This document shows positions 60,063 through 64,000 of a stretch of 64,000 bases of DNA, piece after piece; within the stretch, counting starts at the first letter, position 1; every line of letters starts with the position of its first letter. The notes under the pieces are model-generated. The model was given only the letters and a program-made list of their open reading frames with translations. It made no database searches and was not told where the DNA came from. The stretch lies in assembly GCA_950097015.1 (NCBI GenBank), contig CATNEN010000024.1, positions 1,798,001 through 1,862,000 on the forward strand, read 5' to 3'. The stretch comes from Macrostomum hystrix (taxonomy: Eukaryota; Animalia; Platyhelminthes). The position numbers and the translations under genes were made by a program.

Positions 60063-60601
60063 GTGAACGGAGTGTTTGACACGCCCGCCGCTGCGCAAAA
60101 TGTCTCGCAGCCGCATCCGTCGCCGCCTGGGTCCCAGCAGCCCGGCCACGGCCCGGACAGAAAAGACATGAAGGCAAAGATCAAATGCCAGTTGGAAGCC
60201 CTGAAGGAATCGGGGATTTACGCAGAGTTGAAGGACTCAGTCGACACCTATCTGAGGCAGCAGGGCAAGCTCAGCGACACCGAGAGCATCGTAGACGACT
60301 TTGAGGTGAATGTTTTGACGTCACTACTCCTAGTAGCATAACTGGATAGCATGTGGCTCGCTTTAATATGTACCATTTTACTGCTGATCTTTAACAGTTC
60401 GACTACAGCGACCTTAATGGCCGGGTGCAAAAAGTCAAGACATCAAGAATGGCCCTCGTGTCAGAACTGAAGAGCACCATCGGGCCGAATACCGAATTGC
60501 TGCTGAACGGCACGGCTGTAAAAAACGATCAACAAACGGTCTACAACTTGTGGTCACAGCAGAACTTGGCCAGGCACGGCCGACCTTATAAGATGCAGCA
60601 G
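60063..60601 (+). CDS. Unknown protein, two exons visible (~60063-60305 and 60398-60601)
   Basis: GC-rich open frames joined in phase 0 by a 92-bp GT-AG intron (..SIVDDFE|FDYSDLNGRVQKV..); no ATG at the start, so probably internal exons; no family recognised. Confidence 0.6.
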
Positions 60602-61413
60602 GTGGGCAGGTGCAGTTCCGGCTGATTCGTCCTATACCATTTGTCTGTGAAAAAATCATGGGCGTGTTGAATCGTTTTTAAATATATTTTCAATCTCTTC
60701 AATATCTACAATATGAGCTCATTTAAAAATCCAGTTCATGTATTACGCTGGTGCATAATTTAAACTCCCCGTAACAAATAATACTTTGTTTAAATCACAG
60801 TAAAATTTCTCTAATTAAAACTATTTTAATATGTAAGTTTTCCTTTTCTCTAAAAAGTAAGTTGATTTACTTCGCAAATCACTTTACAGTAGTCAAAAAA
60901 AAATTTTTTTAAACTTCTAAGATATATTTATTGTTAAAACCTTCAAGTTTTGTTTAAATACAGTCGCTTTGCCAGCCCGAAAACAACTCACAAGTGCCGC
61001 ATTGAACGAAAAATTCAATACCTAAAGTGAAAAATAAGCATTTTGAATGGAATTATTGTTTTAATTCTCAATCATTTACACAAGTGAACTTTATCTGACG
61101 ATGTAGATGCGATAATTATTGATTAGCGGTTATTTGAAAACTAATAGAGACGAAGTTTATTTGAATGGTATAATTTTGTGTCGTATGCAGGGAGGCAGTG
61201 TAAAGTTAAATTGAAAGAAATGTGAAAGGGTGTAGCGCGTACTCGGCATGCGGAGAGATATTTATTCCAAATGTAAATCTCGATTTCATTATGGCATCAT
61301 TTCGACGAACAGAAACTGTACAACAAAATAAGAGTATGGGACAAAGTGACACAGTCACAATACGCTACTGCAAAATCAACATAAACTTGTAGTTTATGAA
61401 GTAAAGCACTCGT

Positions 61414-61755
61414 AATAATAATAATTGTAGGAGGGATGTGGGCATCATTTGGTGACACTAGACCCGCAGCCAGCGAGGAGGCAATGCTGCCCATTTCGCT
61501 GACTCCTGAGCACACACGCACACAAATACTGTACGCAGGCGTGCACTCCAACAGGTGTGTACATCTGCCCTGACTTTCTCATAGTCAGACAGTGTACAAT
61601 ATTCACTGTGCCAAGAAAGTTTGCCCTCAAGGGCGTAAATTGCACAAAGCCTTCTCTCCGGAGCAGCGCCCCACATAAATGTTGCCTCACCACGGAATCG
61701 AGCTCAGGGACCTCGGTGAGACCGGCAAACTCATTAACTGCCCCGCCACTCACCC
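61414..61755 (-). mobile_element. Family-B SINE copy (repeated at ~62095-62411 and ~62749-63065)
   Basis: Reverse strand: GGGTGAGTGGCGGGGCAGTTAA..GCTCGATTCCG head, shared body, HDV-like core, (ATT)n tail on the first copy only. Confidence 0.88.
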
Positions 61756-61830
61756 TCCAATAAAACGCCATACAGATAAATAAACGCAAGGCTTAGAAGC
61801 TGTGTAAATTTAACTCATGTGTGAATCACC

Positions 61831-62058
61831 CTGTGGCGGCGCAGGGGGGGGGGGGGCGGGGGGGGGGCGGGCTGCCCCCGGGTGACCACCCCTCACCACC
61901 CTCAGGGGGTGACCACCCACTTAAAAAAATTTGGTACTTTACCATATTTGTTCAAAAGTGTGGTCACCCCATGGGGCATGGGGGGTGGTCACCTGAGACC
62001 TCAGGGGGGGTGACCACCCAACCACCGCCCCCCAGCTGGCGGTCCTGCGCCGCCACTG
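61831..62058. mobile_element. Non-autonomous hAT-type MITE, copy 1 (228 bp)
   Basis: 15-bp TIRs CTGTGGCGGCGCAGG / CCTGCGCCGCCACTG (1 mismatch); 8-bp TSD GAATCACC at 61823-61830 and 62059-62066. Confidence 0.88.
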
Positions 62059-62486
62059 GAATCACCACACAGAATGTGGGCATCAGGAGGGATGTGGGCA
62101 TCATTTGGTGACACTAGACCCGCAGCCAGCGAGGAGGCAATGCTGCCCATTTCGCTGACTCCTGAGCACACACGCACACAAATACTGTACGCAGGCGTGC
62201 ACTCCAACAGGTGTGTACATCTGCCCTGACTTTCTCATAGTCAGACAGTGTACAATATTCACTGTGCCAAGAAAGTTTGCCCTCAAGGGCGTAAATTGCA
62301 CAAAGCCTTCTCTCCGGAGCAGCGCCCCACATAAATGTTGCCTCACCACGGAATCGAGCTCAGGGACCTCGGTGAGACCGGCAAACTCATTAACTGCCCC
62401 GCCACTCACCCTCCAATAAAACGCCATACAGATAAATAAACGCAAGGCTTAGAAGCTGTGTAAATTTAACTCATGTGTGAATCACC

Positions 62487-62712
62487 CTGTGGCGGCGCAG
62501 GGGGGGGGGGGCAGGGGGGGGCGGGCTGCCCCCGGGTGACCACCCCTCACCACCCTCAGGGGGTGACCACCCACTTAAAAAAATTTGGTACTTTACCATA
62601 TTTGTTCAAAAGTGTGGTCACCCCATGGGGCATGGGGGGTGGTCACCTGAGACCTCAGGGGGGGTGACCACCCAACCACCGCCCCCCAGCTGGCGGTCCT
62701 GCGCCGCCACTG
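62487..62712. mobile_element. hAT-type MITE, copy 2
   Basis: Same TIRs and the same TSD GAATCACC. Confidence 0.88.
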
Positions 62713-63140
62713 GAATCACCACACAGAATGTGGGCATCAGGAGGGATGTGGGCATCATTTGGTGACACTAGACCCGCAGCCAGCGAGGAGGCAATGCTGC
62801 CCATTTCGCTGACTCCTGAGCACACACGCACACAAATACTGTACGCAGGCGTGCACTCCAACAGGTGTGTACATCTGCCCTGACTTTCTCATAGTCAGAC
62901 AGTGTACAATATTCACTGTGCCAAGAAAGTTTGCCCTCAAGGGCGTAAATTGCACAAAGCCTTCTCTCCGGAGCAGCGCCCCACATAAATGTTGCCTCAC
63001 CACGGAATCGAGCTCAGGGACCTCGGTGAGACCGGCAAACTCATTAACTGCCCCGCCACTCACCCTCCAATAAAACGCCATACAGATAAATAAACGCAAG
63101 GCTTAGAAGCTGTGTAAATTTAACTCATGTGTGAATCACC

Positions 63141-63365
63141 CTGTGGCGGCGCAGGGGGGGGGGGGCAGGGGGGGCGGGCTGCCCCCGGGTGACCACCCCT
63201 CACCACCCTCAGGGGGTGACCACCCACTTAAAAAAATTTGGTACTTTACCATATTTGTTCAAAAGTGTGGTCACCCCATGGGGCATGGGGGGTGGTCACC
63301 TGAGACCTCAGGGGGGGTGACCACCCAACCACCGCCCCCCAGCTGGCGGTCCTGCGCCGCCACTG
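63141..63365. mobile_element. hAT-type MITE, copy 3
   Basis: Same TIRs and the same TSD GAATCACC. Confidence 0.88.
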
Positions 63366-63712
63366 GAATCACCACACAGAATTATTATCAAATACTGACT
63401 ACTCAATATCTGTTGTAGGATTTAATTCATGACTCTACTGCCAAATTATCTAAAATCCAAGTACAGCTTAGGTTAGCAACGAATTAAATTAAGATCCATT
63501 ATACACTTTTACCATGTAGTTGCACTTGCTGGCTCAACAATATCATGCCACACTCGCAAATAGATAGACAATATGGTGTTGCTTATGCGGCTTGAATCTG
63601 AATGCCGCCATTTGAGTGCAAGTGTACCGGGCGCGCTGTGATTGGCGATACCATATGGGGGTATATATCTATAATCAAGCATACTAACTATGGGCCTCAG
63701 GGCAGTGGCTTT

Positions 63713-64000
63713 TTATCTAGCTTTAAGTATGCTTTCTATGAAGTACACAAAAATTTCTGTTAATTCTGTGCTTTCCTGTGTCAATAAATACACCATTTTG
63801 TCATCAACGGCTAGGCTTTCAAAATTTCGAACAGTACCTGCCACTTTCTCTATGAATTTATTTCTACGAGTAATTGGAATATGAACAGACCAATCGCATC
63901 TAAAGAGAATATGAATTTCGTTCTCAACCCCGACTCTACATTTTGGACATGTTCTGTTTTCATAAGCGATTTTCGGTCCTACAGTGCGCAATGTCTGACA
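63713..64000 (-). mobile_element. 3' end of a non-LTR retrotransposon ORF2 (C-terminal Cys/His zinc knuckle), cut by window end
   Basis: ENRTCPKCRVGVENEIHILFRC is the R.C..C....E.E.H.L..C motif typical of LINE ORF2 C-termini; stop at 63713. Confidence 0.75.

Larger units (their letters stand above)
61429..63380. repeat. Tandem triplication of a ~654-656-bp composite unit (family-B SINE plus hAT MITE)
   Basis: Identical ORFs recur at 61445, 62101 and 62755; copies differ mainly in poly-G run length. Confidence 0.97.

Noticed and set aside
61297-63418. Repeated 68-114-aa ORFs in the tandem unit
   Set aside because: Incidental frames across SINE and MITE sequence.

Overview
Animal (metazoan) genomic DNA with short GT-AG introns and abundant intronic minisatellites. 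The style suggests a free-living flatworm such as Macrostomum; this is an inference and was not checked. Most real genes are split into small exons that the ORF track misses, and many listed ORFs are translations of tandem repeats. Genes rebuilt by hand from splice signals and protein motifs: a FERM-domain protein (-, 980-14062, 3' end unresolved), an intronless rhodopsin-class peptide GPCR (-), a SPARC-like secreted protein (+), a complete GUCY1B2-like soluble guanylate cyclase (-), a large polycystin-1-like gene (-, 36421-53522), a putative secreted peptide precursor (+) and an unknown two-exon segment (+). Mobile DNA: two tRNA-derived SINE families (one CORE-like, one carrying an HDV-ribozyme-like core), an internally deleted Ty3/Gypsy element inside a satellite, a hAT-type MITE with 8-bp TSD inside a triplicated ~654-bp unit, and the 3' end of a LINE at the right edge. 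Best novelty candidates are the HDV-like motif in the SINE (including its tandem array), a minisatellite built from a polycystin splice acceptor, a Trp at the H-NOX ligand-selectivity position, and the candidate neuropeptide precursor.
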